64,000 bases of DNA, taken from the IMG/VR virus record IMGVR_UViG_3300032288_004964, positions 62,001 through 126,000 of that record. One strand, 5' to 3'. The notes under the pieces were generated by a model that had not been told where the DNA came from, searched no databases, and saw only the letters and a list, made by a program, of their open reading frames with translations. Made by a program: the position numbers and the translations under genes. Below, one piece after another: positions 38,317 to 47,779 of this stretch. Within the stretch, counting starts at the first letter, position 1; each line of letters opens with the position of its first letter.

Positions 38317-40017
38317 ATGCTCGTAGAGACACAATATTTAAGTAATAGTAAGAAATTAGTAGTAAGTTATGTTGATAAATCCGGTGAAATCAAACTAAAA
38401 TACTACAATTGGGATAATCCAATGAAGTATATTTCTTGTGAGGATAATGATCCTCTAAAGCATCCTACATTTAGATCTTGGGATGGTAAGTCTGTTAAAC
38501 AAATAGAAGTTAGTCACCCAGATAGATACGCTATTTATGAGTTTTTAGATGACTTGCCTGAAGCAGAAAGAAATGAAATATTTGAATTTAATTTACCAAA
38601 AATATTTTTTATAGATATTGAAACTGAAATTGTTGATGGATTCCCAGAGGCGGCTGATGTTTTAGACCAACATGGTAATGTTACTAAAGAAGGAGCATCA
38701 ACTCAAGTTCTTTCTATATCAATTGTTTATGATGATAAAATCATTTTATTAGGTCTTAAGGATTTAAGTGAAGATGCTCAATTAAGAATAAAAAATAACA
38801 GTAACAAATACTTTGAAAAGTTTGGTGCTGATTATAAATTCAAATATATCAAGTATGATGATGAGTTTGATATGTTATATGCTTTCTTCTACAAGATGAT
38901 TCCAAAAATGCCTATACTAACCGGTTGGAACTTCCTTAAATATGACTGGTTATATTTAGTAAACCGTTCAAGAAAAATATCTAAGTGGACTAATGGTAAA
39001 GAATATAAAATTGATCCAGCAGTTTCTTCCCTAACAAAAAGATTAAATAAAATCTGGTCAACTGATTTTGAAGTTCCTGCCCATAGAATGATATTTGACT
39101 ACATGCAATTGTATGAAGTTTGTGATACTTCTATTAAAGTAAAGGAATCATCAGGGTTGGACTTTGTGGCTAGTAAATTAGTAGGCGTTGAGAAAGTTAA
39201 ATATGTTAACTCAATTTATAAATTGAAAGAAGACTCTACTATTAACGGGTATTCTTTTAAAGAAGGTGACATTTGTAGAACAGAAGGAGATACTTATTAT
39301 ATGTATGTTGGTACTGAGAGAGTAATATTTACAAAAGAAAACTTTTCAAAGCATAAAAGTCTTTTCAAAGAAGTAAATGTTTCTAACCTACAGAAGTTAT
39401 ATGAAGAAGATTTTGAAATCTATATGTACTATAACGCGGTTGACTCGGTTTTAGTTCAAAAGATTCATGATGCTCGTAATTACATTTCAATTATTTATGC
39501 GATTTCATCATTGGCTAAGATAAGAATTGTTGATGTTGTTTCTCAAATGAATAACGCTCTTGGTTCATTAGCTATTACAGAAGGAGTTTTAAGAAATAGA
39601 TTCCGTGAGATGGATAATATTGTTCTTTTCCGTGATGAAAAAGGAGATGCTGAATCAACTATCGCTGGTGGGTGGGTAAAGGATCCTGTTGTTGGTATGA
39701 ATCAGTGGTGTGTTTGTTATGACTTTGCGTCACTATATCCAACAACACAAAGACAATTCTTTATAGCACCTGAAACATTTGTCGGTGTTCAAGATGAGAA
39801 AGATAAATCTAAATGTTCAAATGGTAGACCAATTGATTTGGATAAACATGTTTTATGTGTTAATGGTGTTGTTTTTGAGAAAAGAGTATCACCAACTTTA
39901 ACTATGTTAGAGGATGTTTATGCTGATAGAAAGAAGGCTAAGAAAGTGATGATGGATAAAAAAGAAGAATTGAAATCTATTATAGATGAGATTAAACAGT
40001 TAGAAGCAGAATTATAA
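38317..40017 (+). CDS. DNA polymerase B, N-terminal part (exonuclease plus motif A) of a split gene
   Basis: DIETE, TGWN...YD, YNAVD, GGWV, DFASLYP; ends in fingers helix without NSxYG or YGDTD. Confidence 0.85.
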   Translation: MLVETQYLSNSKKLVVSYVDKSGEIKLKYYNWDNPMKYISCEDNDPLKHPTFRSWDGKSVKQIEVSHPDRYAIYEFLDDLPEAERNEIFEFNLPKIFFIDIETEIVDGFPEAADVLDQHGNVTKEGASTQVLSISIVYDDKIILLGLKDLSEDAQLRIKNNSNKYFEKFGADYKFKYIKYDDEFDMLYAFFYKMIPKMPILTGWNFLKYDWLYLVNRSRKISKWTNGKEYKIDPAVSSLTKRLNKIWSTDFEVPAHRMIFDYMQLYEVCDTSIKVKESSGLDFVASKLVGVEKVKYVNSIYKLKEDSTINGYSFKEGDICRTEGDTYYMYVGTERVIFTKENFSKHKSLFKEVNVSNLQKLYEEDFEIYMYYNAVDSVLVQKIHDARNYISIIYAISSLAKIRIVDVVSQMNNALGSLAITEGVLRNRFREMDNIVLFRDEKGDAESTIAGGWVKDPVVGMNQWCVCYDFASLYPTTQRQFFIAPETFVGVQDEKDKSKCSNGRPIDLDKHVLCVNGVVFEKRVSPTLTMLEDVYADRKKAKKVMMDKKEELKSIIDEIKQLEAEL

Positions 40018-40665
40018 TACTCTAATTGTCTTAAAATCTATATTTGGAAGTTTTTCTTTTACTACTCTTGTTGCTTTTGTTATGTATTTAGCATTATCAT
40101 CGTAGAAAATAGCTTTTTTGAATCCAGTTTCATTAAGTATTTCAACTATCTTCTCACCTTTCCAGTGTCCAGCATTTTTAGTATTATCAGGTATCATGTG
40201 TAATCCAAACTTAGGAGTTTCTAATCCAAATTCTTTTAGTTTGGATTCTATTTTACTTCTTAGACTTTCGGGTCTTGCTGTTACAATACATTTGTTTTTA
40301 ATTGACGAGTATAGATTAGATAATTCTTTAATGCTGGTAGGTAAACTTATATCAGATAAATGAAAAACATTAGGAGTTACTAAATAAACTCTTTTACCTT
40401 TTCTTACCCAGTTACCAAATTCTTTAATTTCATCTTTAGGGTCATTTACATATATTCTACCATTTTCCCATTTTAAGTCTCTTAAATTAACTCCTATTCT
40501 TCCTACAGATGTTTTAAGCATATCACCAATACTTAAATCTTCTTTTAGAAATTCAATAGCTAGCTCTTCAAAACTTGGGGAATTAACAAGCGTGTCATCA
40601 AAGTCAAAGATGTATAAGGTATCTTTGTTTTCTAAAAACTCATTAAATTTTTTAATCTTCATCAT
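40012..40665 (-). CDS. HAD phosphatase (Swiss-Army-knife RNA repair-like)
   Basis: IFDFDDTLV.SP, VTAR, K, FYDD. Confidence 0.7.
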   Translation of the reverse strand: MMKIKKFNEFLENKDTLYIFDFDDTLVNSPSFEELAIEFLKEDLSIGDMLKTSVGRIGVNLRDLKWENGRIYVNDPKDEIKEFGNWVRKGKRVYLVTPNVFHLSDISLPTSIKELSNLYSSIKNKCIVTARPESLRSKIESKLKEFGLETPKFGLHMIPDNTKNAGHWKGEKIVEILNETGFKKAIFYDDNAKYITKATRVVKEKLPNIDFKTIRVL

Positions 40666-40834
40666 TGAATAATTTATCTATAATATCGGTATATCCACCT
40701 CCAAAGTGGGTTATACACATAGTATATATTTCTTCTTTGATCTCATATCCTTCTGATATAAGTGCATTTACATAATTTTCAACATCTTCAATTGTAGTGT
40801 AGATGTTAAATTCATCGTAGTCGGTGATTAACAT
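40652..40834 (-). CDS. Small hypothetical protein
   Basis: Likely start MLITDYDEF; overlaps the next start. Confidence 0.45.
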   Translation of the reverse strand: MLITDYDEFNIYTTIEDVENYVNALISEGYEIKEEIYTMCITHFGGGYTDIIDKLFNDED

Positions 40835-40947
40835 GGTTGGTAGATTATTTTTATATACTATATATTTATAAAAAACCATCAAAAAACCTATTTTTCAAAC
40901 TATTTTCAAAAAAATTATATAATTTTATATAAAAAATTCCATCTATA

Positions 40948-42615
40948 ATGTCATTAAAGAAAGACCTACTAAAATATAAGCCCAGAAAGGAACAGAAAGA
41001 AGCACTTGATTTCATTGATTCTGAATATCAAAAAAATAAATTGAATAAGTTTTTCTTACTTAATTTACCTGTTGGTTCAGGTAAAAGTCATTTAGCCTTA
41101 ATGATTGCTGATTGGTATAAAAAGAATGTTAACAAGATGGCTAGAGTTGATATTATCACTAATAGTAAGATTCTTCAAGATCAATATGCAAATACATATC
41201 AGTCAATATCTGATTTGAAAGGTAAAGAAAATTATGAATGTGAAACTTATGCTTGTTCTTGTGCACAAGGATCGGAATTTAATAGATTAAACAAAACTTC
41301 TTGTGAAAGTTGTCCTTATTCTTCAGCTAGAGAATCTTACCAAAGTGGTGGTATTTCTTTAACAAACTTTTATCTTTATATTCTTTATGCTATCTATAAT
41401 CCTAAGTTAATGGAAAGTAGAGATGCTAGAGTTTTAATTGTAGATGAAGCTCATGAATTTGATGATGTTATGTCTGACTTTATTACTATTAAAATCACAG
41501 AGACTTCACTTAAGAAATACAAATTTGCAAGTGAGTATGACCTAATTAAAAGATTAAAGGCTGTTAAATCTATTACTGATTATGTTGAGTTCTTAAAGCA
41601 CTATAATACTGAGATAATAAGCACTATGGATTCGATGGCAAATGGTATGGCTTCTGTGCCTAGAAATGTAACAGAAGATAAAAGAGATTTAAAGATATCT
41701 AAGCTATTGAAAACTAAAAATAGCGATGTTAAAATGATGCAGTTAATTACTGATTTAAAACAACAACAATCAAAAATTGATGTTTTCTTAACTGAATATA
41801 AAGCAAATCCTAACAACTGGGTACTTGAAACAAGTTATAATGAAAAGTTAAGACAGAAAGAATTATCATTGGAGCCAATCTGGGCATATGATTACTTAGA
41901 TAAGTATGTATTTAGTCATTATGATATGGTATTTCTGATGTCTGGTACTATCTTAGATAAGAATCTTTTCTGTCAACTAAACGGATTAGATGTTAGTAAG
42001 GCAGTTTACTATTCTATTTCTTCACCATTTCCACTTAGAAATAGAATGATATATTACATGCCAATAGGTAAGATGTCCTATAAGTCTAAAGAAGAAACAT
42101 TTAAGAAGTATATCCCTTATATTAAGAAGTTATTAGATAAGTATAAGGGTAAGAAAGGTATTATACATACTAACTCATTTGAATTAGCAAATTGGATAAA
42201 AGATTCTATTAAGGACTCAAGATTAATTTTTCATGACTCATCAAATAAAGATGAAATGTTAAGATTGCACATTGAATCAGAAGAACCAACTGTAATTGTT
42301 AGTCCTTCTATGGATACTGGTGTCAGTTTTGATAATGATTCTGCTAGATTTCAAATAATTGCTAAAGTTCCTTATCCAAGTTTAGCCTCACAAAAGAATA
42401 AAATGAGACAATCTAATAATCCTGATTGGTATTCTTGGAAAACAGTTTCGGGTTTTATTCAAATGACTGGTAGAGCTGTTCGTTCAGATATGGATTATGC
42501 AGATACAATAGTTATTGATGGGGGTTTTGGTGATGTGATAAAACACAGTTCACACTTTTTACCTGATTGGATTCAAGAAGCAATTAAGAAAATTAACATT
42601 AAGATAGAAGCATAA
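40948..42615 (+). CDS. DinG/XPD-like SF2 helicase
   Basis: PVGSGKS, Cys cluster, DEAH, MSGT, KVPYP, QMTGRAVR. Confidence 0.9.
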   Translation: MSLKKDLLKYKPRKEQKEALDFIDSEYQKNKLNKFFLLNLPVGSGKSHLALMIADWYKKNVNKMARVDIITNSKILQDQYANTYQSISDLKGKENYECETYACSCAQGSEFNRLNKTSCESCPYSSARESYQSGGISLTNFYLYILYAIYNPKLMESRDARVLIVDEAHEFDDVMSDFITIKITETSLKKYKFASEYDLIKRLKAVKSITDYVEFLKHYNTEIISTMDSMANGMASVPRNVTEDKRDLKISKLLKTKNSDVKMMQLITDLKQQQSKIDVFLTEYKANPNNWVLETSYNEKLRQKELSLEPIWAYDYLDKYVFSHYDMVFLMSGTILDKNLFCQLNGLDVSKAVYYSISSPFPLRNRMIYYMPIGKMSYKSKEETFKKYIPYIKKLLDKYKGKKGIIHTNSFELANWIKDSIKDSRLIFHDSSNKDEMLRLHIESEEPTVIVSPSMDTGVSFDNDSARFQIIAKVPYPSLASQKNKMRQSNNPDWYSWKTVSGFIQMTGRAVRSDMDYADTIVIDGGFGDVIKHSSHFLPDWIQEAIKKINIKIEA

Positions 42616-42641
42616 AAAAACCCACCATATGGTGGGTTTTT
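42616..42641. terminator. Bidirectional intrinsic terminator
   Basis: AAAAACCCACC-atat-GGTGGGTTTTT. Confidence 0.9.
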
Positions 42642-42649
42642 AGTTATAT

Positions 42650-43108
42650 TTATTTCTTTTTAGCTTTTGCTTCTTTTGCTGCTTTTTTCATTGGTTCCTT
42701 TTTATTACCGTCTTTATCTAAATCTAAGAAATCAGGTTTAGCTTTTTTACCACCCTTTTTTTCTTCTTTATCATCTTCTTTCTTATCTTCCTTTTTAGCC
42801 TTTTGTTTATCTAAGAACGCTTGAAACCCTTTATTAATTTTTTTCTTTTCAACTACTATAGGATTAACTTCTTCATCTCCCCAAGTTTCTTCTTCTTTTT
42901 CTTCTTCTTTTTCTTCATAGTTTCCACCACACTCACAATCAGTGCAATTACATCCACATTCTGGACAATTTTCTTCACCATTTCCAGGCATTACCTCATC
43001 ATTACCATCTTCTGGCATTACATTAGGCATTACTTCTTCAGGCTCATTTGTAAATCTATCACCAAGATCTTGTCCAGAGAAGTGTTCGAATTTTTTTAGA
43101 TATTTCAT
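42650..43108 (-). CDS. Charged head/core-like protein
   Basis: MKYLKKFEHF; Cys cluster; KPDFLDLDKDGNKKEPMKKA EF-hand-like motif. Confidence 0.55.
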   Translation of the reverse strand: MKYLKKFEHFSGQDLGDRFTNEPEEVMPNVMPEDGNDEVMPGNGEENCPECGCNCTDCECGGNYEEKEEEKEEETWGDEEVNPIVVEKKKINKGFQAFLDKQKAKKEDKKEDDKEEKKGGKKAKPDFLDLDKDGNKKEPMKKAAKEAKAKKK

Positions 43109-43180
43109 ATCGGCTATATTATTTTTATAAAGTATATATAAATGTTTTATTTTCATTTTGTTGATTTTAATATATACTTT

Positions 43181-44506
43181 ATGAAAATATTTAATTTTTT
43201 AGATTTTATTTTAGAAGCAAAAGAAGAATTACTTCTTCCTATTATAATATCTGAAGAATTTTATGAAAAACTTAACAGAATAGATTCACCAATTGCTAGT
43301 AAATTAAAAGCAATTAAAAAAGACAGACCGTTAGGTGAATATTCTTTTATATCCTCTGGTAGTTCTGAAGAAACTGTTAAATATACAGATACCTATAAGT
43401 TAGATAAGTATCTTAGAGATAAATATGATACTAGTATAGATTTTGATACATCTAAATATTTAAAAAGAGTTGTTGAGTGGGATCCATCGGATGGTATATG
43501 GAATGAAAATAGAACAGAAATTAGAATAGGTAGATTTATTAAAAGATTTTTTGGAACAGAATATACTGATGCTGAGATTGAAAAATTTGTTAATCAATGG
43601 AAGTCTTTAGAAGAAAACTCAACATTCGAATCATGGGAAGGTTGGAAGATTAAAGACGGATATAGGTCTAATAAGTACTTCTTTGCTGAGAATAGTTCTA
43701 ATCCTCTTATAAATTCTTGTATGAATGACCAAATTCATTTAGTAGAATTCTATCAATATTGTTCTTCTGCTAAATTACTTGTGCTTCTAGATGAAGATGG
43801 TTTGATATTAGGTAGAGCTTTAGTTTGGACTGATTATATGAATAGAGTAATAATGGATAGAGTTTATTATGCTTTAGATAAAGATTATCATAAATTTGTT
43901 GATTATGCTAAAAAGAATGGTTGGTTTTATAAAAAGAGAAATATAAGTGGAGGTTCACCATTTATTAAAGATGGTAAAGAAGTTTCTCTTAAAACTAAAG
44001 TAAGTGTTACTAATGTATTTAACTATCAAGATGAGTGTGAAGATTCCTTTCCATATATGGATACTTTTTATTATGCTCAAGGTGAGTGGTGTATGAATTA
44101 TGAGCCATCTAATGGTGAATATTATAAACTAAATGATACAGACGGTGCATTTGAACACCATAATAACTTATATGATGTTCACGGCCAATCAATATCTCAT
44201 GATATTGAGGATTATTATGTTCATTCTAATGAACAAGATGGTTTAATTTATAGAGATGATTCTATCTATGTTGATTATAGTGGAGGTCAAGGATTTAATG
44301 ATTACACATTTAGTGATTGGATTGAGAAGTCATACTTAGAAAATCCAAAGAATGGATTCGTAAAATCTGGAGAAGAATGGTATAATAAAAACCATTGTGT
44401 TTGGTCTGAGAAAGAAAAATCTTGGATTTATAGACCTGATGCTATTTGGGTTAAAAATGATTGGGTTAGTTGGGATAATTTTAACCCTGGTGGAAATAAT
44501 ATATAG
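43181..44506 (+). CDS. Paralog of 36627..38234 (putative packaged protein)
   Basis: MKIFNFLDFILEA; IGRF, EKFVN, NSCM, GRALVW, MDRVY, FPYMDTF. Confidence 0.65.
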   Translation: MKIFNFLDFILEAKEELLLPIIISEEFYEKLNRIDSPIASKLKAIKKDRPLGEYSFISSGSSEETVKYTDTYKLDKYLRDKYDTSIDFDTSKYLKRVVEWDPSDGIWNENRTEIRIGRFIKRFFGTEYTDAEIEKFVNQWKSLEENSTFESWEGWKIKDGYRSNKYFFAENSSNPLINSCMNDQIHLVEFYQYCSSAKLLVLLDEDGLILGRALVWTDYMNRVIMDRVYYALDKDYHKFVDYAKKNGWFYKKRNISGGSPFIKDGKEVSLKTKVSVTNVFNYQDECEDSFPYMDTFYYAQGEWCMNYEPSNGEYYKLNDTDGAFEHHNNLYDVHGQSISHDIEDYYVHSNEQDGLIYRDDSIYVDYSGGQGFNDYTFSDWIEKSYLENPKNGFVKSGEEWYNKNHCVWSEKEKSWIYRPDAIWVKNDWVSWDNFNPGGNNI

Positions 44507-44509
44507 TAT

Positions 44510-45295
44510 ATGGAAATTATTAAATTTAAAAAATATTCTTTACAAGATTCAATTTTGAATGACTTTTTAACCTCATTTGACAAAATGATTGTTGAATCCG
44601 ATGAAACTGGTTATAAGGAAATGGAGAAAAAGATAATATCTGACCTAAAATTGAATACTAAATTAGTTTTTACATTCGGTGCTGGTATTGGAGCTTTTTA
44701 TCCTATTGTTGATAAATTAATGAAGAATATGAATATAGATTCTATTGAACTAACTCCAGATAGAATTGTTTTATTAACTATAGCCGCTGTTACTATTATA
44801 TTTATAGAAGAAAAGAAATTCAAATCAGCTGAAGAAGAAGCAATTTTAGTTAAAGATTCTAAGTCAATGTTGGAAGAGTTAAAGATGATGGGTATTGGTA
44901 ATGGAATAGTTAAGAAATTAATAAAAGGATTAAAGTCTATTACAAATATATTTTCACTTATTGGTAAGCACTTAGGTGCTGTTGTTGGTGGATTTATTGA
45001 TATGTTTGCTTATACAGCTATGTTAATACCTATAATGAATGGTATCTCCTATATTATTGGTAAGTATGATATGAATTTAGATACTATATGTGATAATTTT
45101 ATGGGGTTAGCTATGGGTGTTGGTACGGTAATTGCTAAACATGGTATAGTAGAAATATTGAATAAGATAAAAGACAAGTTTCCTATTAGTAAGAAAAAAG
45201 TTATTGATGAAATAGAAACTCCAATCATTCAAAAGTTTGGTGATATTAAGGATAACAGTCCAGAGCAACAAGGTGATTTAATTAAGGAGCAGTAA
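44510..45295 (+). CDS. Hypothetical protein with hydrophobic helices
   Basis: TFGAGIGAFYP and several hydrophobic stretches; late-type promoter. Confidence 0.55.
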   Translation: MEIIKFKKYSLQDSILNDFLTSFDKMIVESDETGYKEMEKKIISDLKLNTKLVFTFGAGIGAFYPIVDKLMKNMNIDSIELTPDRIVLLTIAAVTIIFIEEKKFKSAEEEAILVKDSKSMLEELKMMGIGNGIVKKLIKGLKSITNIFSLIGKHLGAVVGGFIDMFAYTAMLIPIMNGISYIIGKYDMNLDTICDNFMGLAMGVGTVIAKHGIVEILNKIKDKFPISKKKVIDEIETPIIQKFGDIKDNSPEQQGDLIKEQ

Positions 45296-45361
45296 TTGAG
45301 TTTTTTATTTAAACTTAAATTATAGATCATATATAATATAATACAAAAAATATGAACATCA

Positions 45362-46690
45362 ATGACTCCACAACTAGAGAAAGTCTTCTTTAATTTTATA
45401 CTTAAAAACAAGAAGTTTTTCGACATAGTAAAGCCTTACTTTTTTAGAAATTCCGAGATACAATTTGTTTACGGTGTTATTAGAAACTATATGGTTAATA
45501 ATAATGACACACAAATTCCAAGTCCTCGTCAAATTCTAGACATGGTTGCTTTAGAAGATAAAGAAGGAGTAATAACAAAAGAAATCCTAAAGTCTATATT
45601 ACAAGTTGATCTTAAAGAATATGATGAAAAGAATTTTATTGAACCTAAATTTAATGCTTGGATTCTTTCTAATAGATTAAAAACAGGAACTGTTGATATT
45701 ATTGATGAAACAAGAAATTTAGATTCTATATCTGATTTTGAAAAAGCTGTTGAGGCAGCAAATAGAATAAAAGGTATAGTTGATGAAATGTCTTCAACAA
45801 ATTTTATTCAAGATGATGACTTAGGTTCAGATTTTGATGATGCTGAAAATCATGTTCAAGATTCTTCTAAATTTAAAGTTAAGTGTGGTTTTGAAAGTAT
45901 AGACCATATGTTAGGTGGTGGATGGGATATATCTACACTTAATGTAATTATGGCTGAAACTAATAATGGTAAATCATTATGGATGCAAAACTTTGCAGTT
46001 AGATCAGCTGATATGGGATTTAATGTTCTTTATGTAACTCTTGAGATGAGTGAAAGAAAAGTTATGAAAAGAATGGGAGCTATGCGTCTTAAACTTCCTA
46101 TCAATGATTATGATAAATTATCAAAAGATACTGATATGATTAAAAAGAGAATTGCTGCCTTATCTAAAGCAGATGGTGGTGATATCTTTGATAAAAAAGT
46201 TGGTAAGATTATTACTAAGTTTTGGGCAGCTGGTACTGCTACTGTTGCTGACTTTGATAATTATTTACAAAAATTAAAAGAGAAAAAAGATATTAAGATT
46301 GATTTAGTCATTGTTGATTATATTACTCTTGTGGCTGCTGCTAAAGGAACGGCTTCTGATAACCTTTATTCAAAAGGTAAACAGTTGGCTGAGGGATTAA
46401 GAGCAGTTGGTGCTAAATATAAGTGTCCAGTTATTACTGGTGTTCAAGTTGCTAAAGATGCTTGGAATGCTTCTGATATTACATTAGAAAGTGTACCAGA
46501 ATCTAAAGCAATTGCTGAAACAGCAGACACTTTCTTCGCTATAATAAGAACAGAAGAAATGAAAAGACAGAACTTATACAGATTTAAGTTATTGAAACAA
46601 AGAGATGGTGACTTTTTAAAGTCTCAAATTAGGTTAAGCTTGAATCCTATATATTTAACACTAGAAAATGATCAATTTATTGATCAATAA
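45362..46690 (+). CDS. Replicative helicase, DnaB/T4 gp41-like
   Basis: AETNNGKS, YVTLEMSE, VIVDYI, AEGLRA, ESKAI..TAD, LKQR. Confidence 0.9.
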   Translation: MTPQLEKVFFNFILKNKKFFDIVKPYFFRNSEIQFVYGVIRNYMVNNNDTQIPSPRQILDMVALEDKEGVITKEILKSILQVDLKEYDEKNFIEPKFNAWILSNRLKTGTVDIIDETRNLDSISDFEKAVEAANRIKGIVDEMSSTNFIQDDDLGSDFDDAENHVQDSSKFKVKCGFESIDHMLGGGWDISTLNVIMAETNNGKSLWMQNFAVRSADMGFNVLYVTLEMSERKVMKRMGAMRLKLPINDYDKLSKDTDMIKKRIAALSKADGGDIFDKKVGKIITKFWAAGTATVADFDNYLQKLKEKKDIKIDLVIVDYITLVAAAKGTASDNLYSKGKQLAEGLRAVGAKYKCPVITGVQVAKDAWNASDITLESVPESKAIAETADTFFAIIRTEEMKRQNLYRFKLLKQRDGDFLKSQIRLSLNPIYLTLENDQFIDQ

Positions 46691-46706
46691 TAAAAATAAA
46701 CTATTT

Positions 46707-47669
46707 ATGGCAAAAAAAGTTAGAGATGATGACGAATTCGAAGATGAATTTGAAAATGATAATGATGAGGTAGAAAATACCGAAGACATTCAAGATGAAC
46801 CAGATGATGAATCAGATGACTCTGATGATGACGGTAGTTCATCTATTATCAATGATGATGAAGATAAGATTGATATAGTTATCGAGATAGATGAGGATGA
46901 TCTTGATCTAAATGATGATGATGATATTAAAGAAGATTCTTCTGAAGAAGATGAGATTGTTCTTTCTAAACACAAAATGGAAGGAAAACACTCTCTTAAA
47001 TATGATTCAATCTTTAAGGGTAAAAAAGAAGATCCTTTAGATGAAGATAATCCGGATGGGTCAGCTCTTTACTACAAAGAATCAATAGAAGTTGATAAGT
47101 CATCAAACTACTATTTTGAGTCTATGGATAATGAAAACTACATTAGAACCAAATTAATAAAAGAAAAAGTTTATGTAGTTTTAAAAGATCATACAAGTAT
47201 GAACTTCTTAAATAATAGAAGAAAGCCTTCTAGAATTGACTTTAATAATTATTATGAGTTGTTAAAAACTAATCTAAAAGAAGAAAGTTTTACCAACATT
47301 GAGTTGTTTAATGAGTTGTCAGTTTACTTTTCGGATAATTTATTTAACATGTTTAAGTTATTGGATAATAAATGGAGAAACTTAATTATTAATGAGTTAC
47401 AAGAGCATATAGGTAGAACTAAAAATTCTAAGGAAATTTCAAATAGAAATATTTATATAGGAACAGAATTAGAATTTGATTGGATTGATAATGGTGAAGA
47501 TAAATTAATAACAGGTGTTGTAGTTGAAGTTGATTATGTTAATTCCGTATTTAAAATAGATTCTTATGAAAATATTTATGAAGTTGATATAAAACAAATC
47601 ACAAAAATATTGAATAATACTAAATTCAAGTATAATCTTAACAAATTAAACAACATAGATTTTCTTTAA
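46707..47669 (+). CDS. Hypothetical protein with very acidic N-terminus
   Basis: About 85-aa D/E tract; directly after helicase. Confidence 0.6.
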   Translation: MAKKVRDDDEFEDEFENDNDEVENTEDIQDEPDDESDDSDDDGSSSIINDDEDKIDIVIEIDEDDLDLNDDDDIKEDSSEEDEIVLSKHKMEGKHSLKYDSIFKGKKEDPLDEDNPDGSALYYKESIEVDKSSNYYFESMDNENYIRTKLIKEKVYVVLKDHTSMNFLNNRRKPSRIDFNNYYELLKTNLKEESFTNIELFNELSVYFSDNLFNMFKLLDNKWRNLIINELQEHIGRTKNSKEISNRNIYIGTELEFDWIDNGEDKLITGVVVEVDYVNSVFKIDSYENIYEVDIKQITKILNNTKFKYNLNKLNNIDFL

Positions 47670-47779
47670 AATTTTTATTTTTTAGGGTCATAAAAAACCT
47701 TAAAAAAAATAAGATGATGAAAATTGAGTTGAAACTTTAAATCGATATATAAAAAACAAAAAATTAAAATAATAAAAAT

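Noticed and set aside
39200-39390. Intein in polB (and in nrdA insertions)
   Set aside because: Too short, and lacking the N-terminal Cys/Ser block and C-terminal His-Asn.
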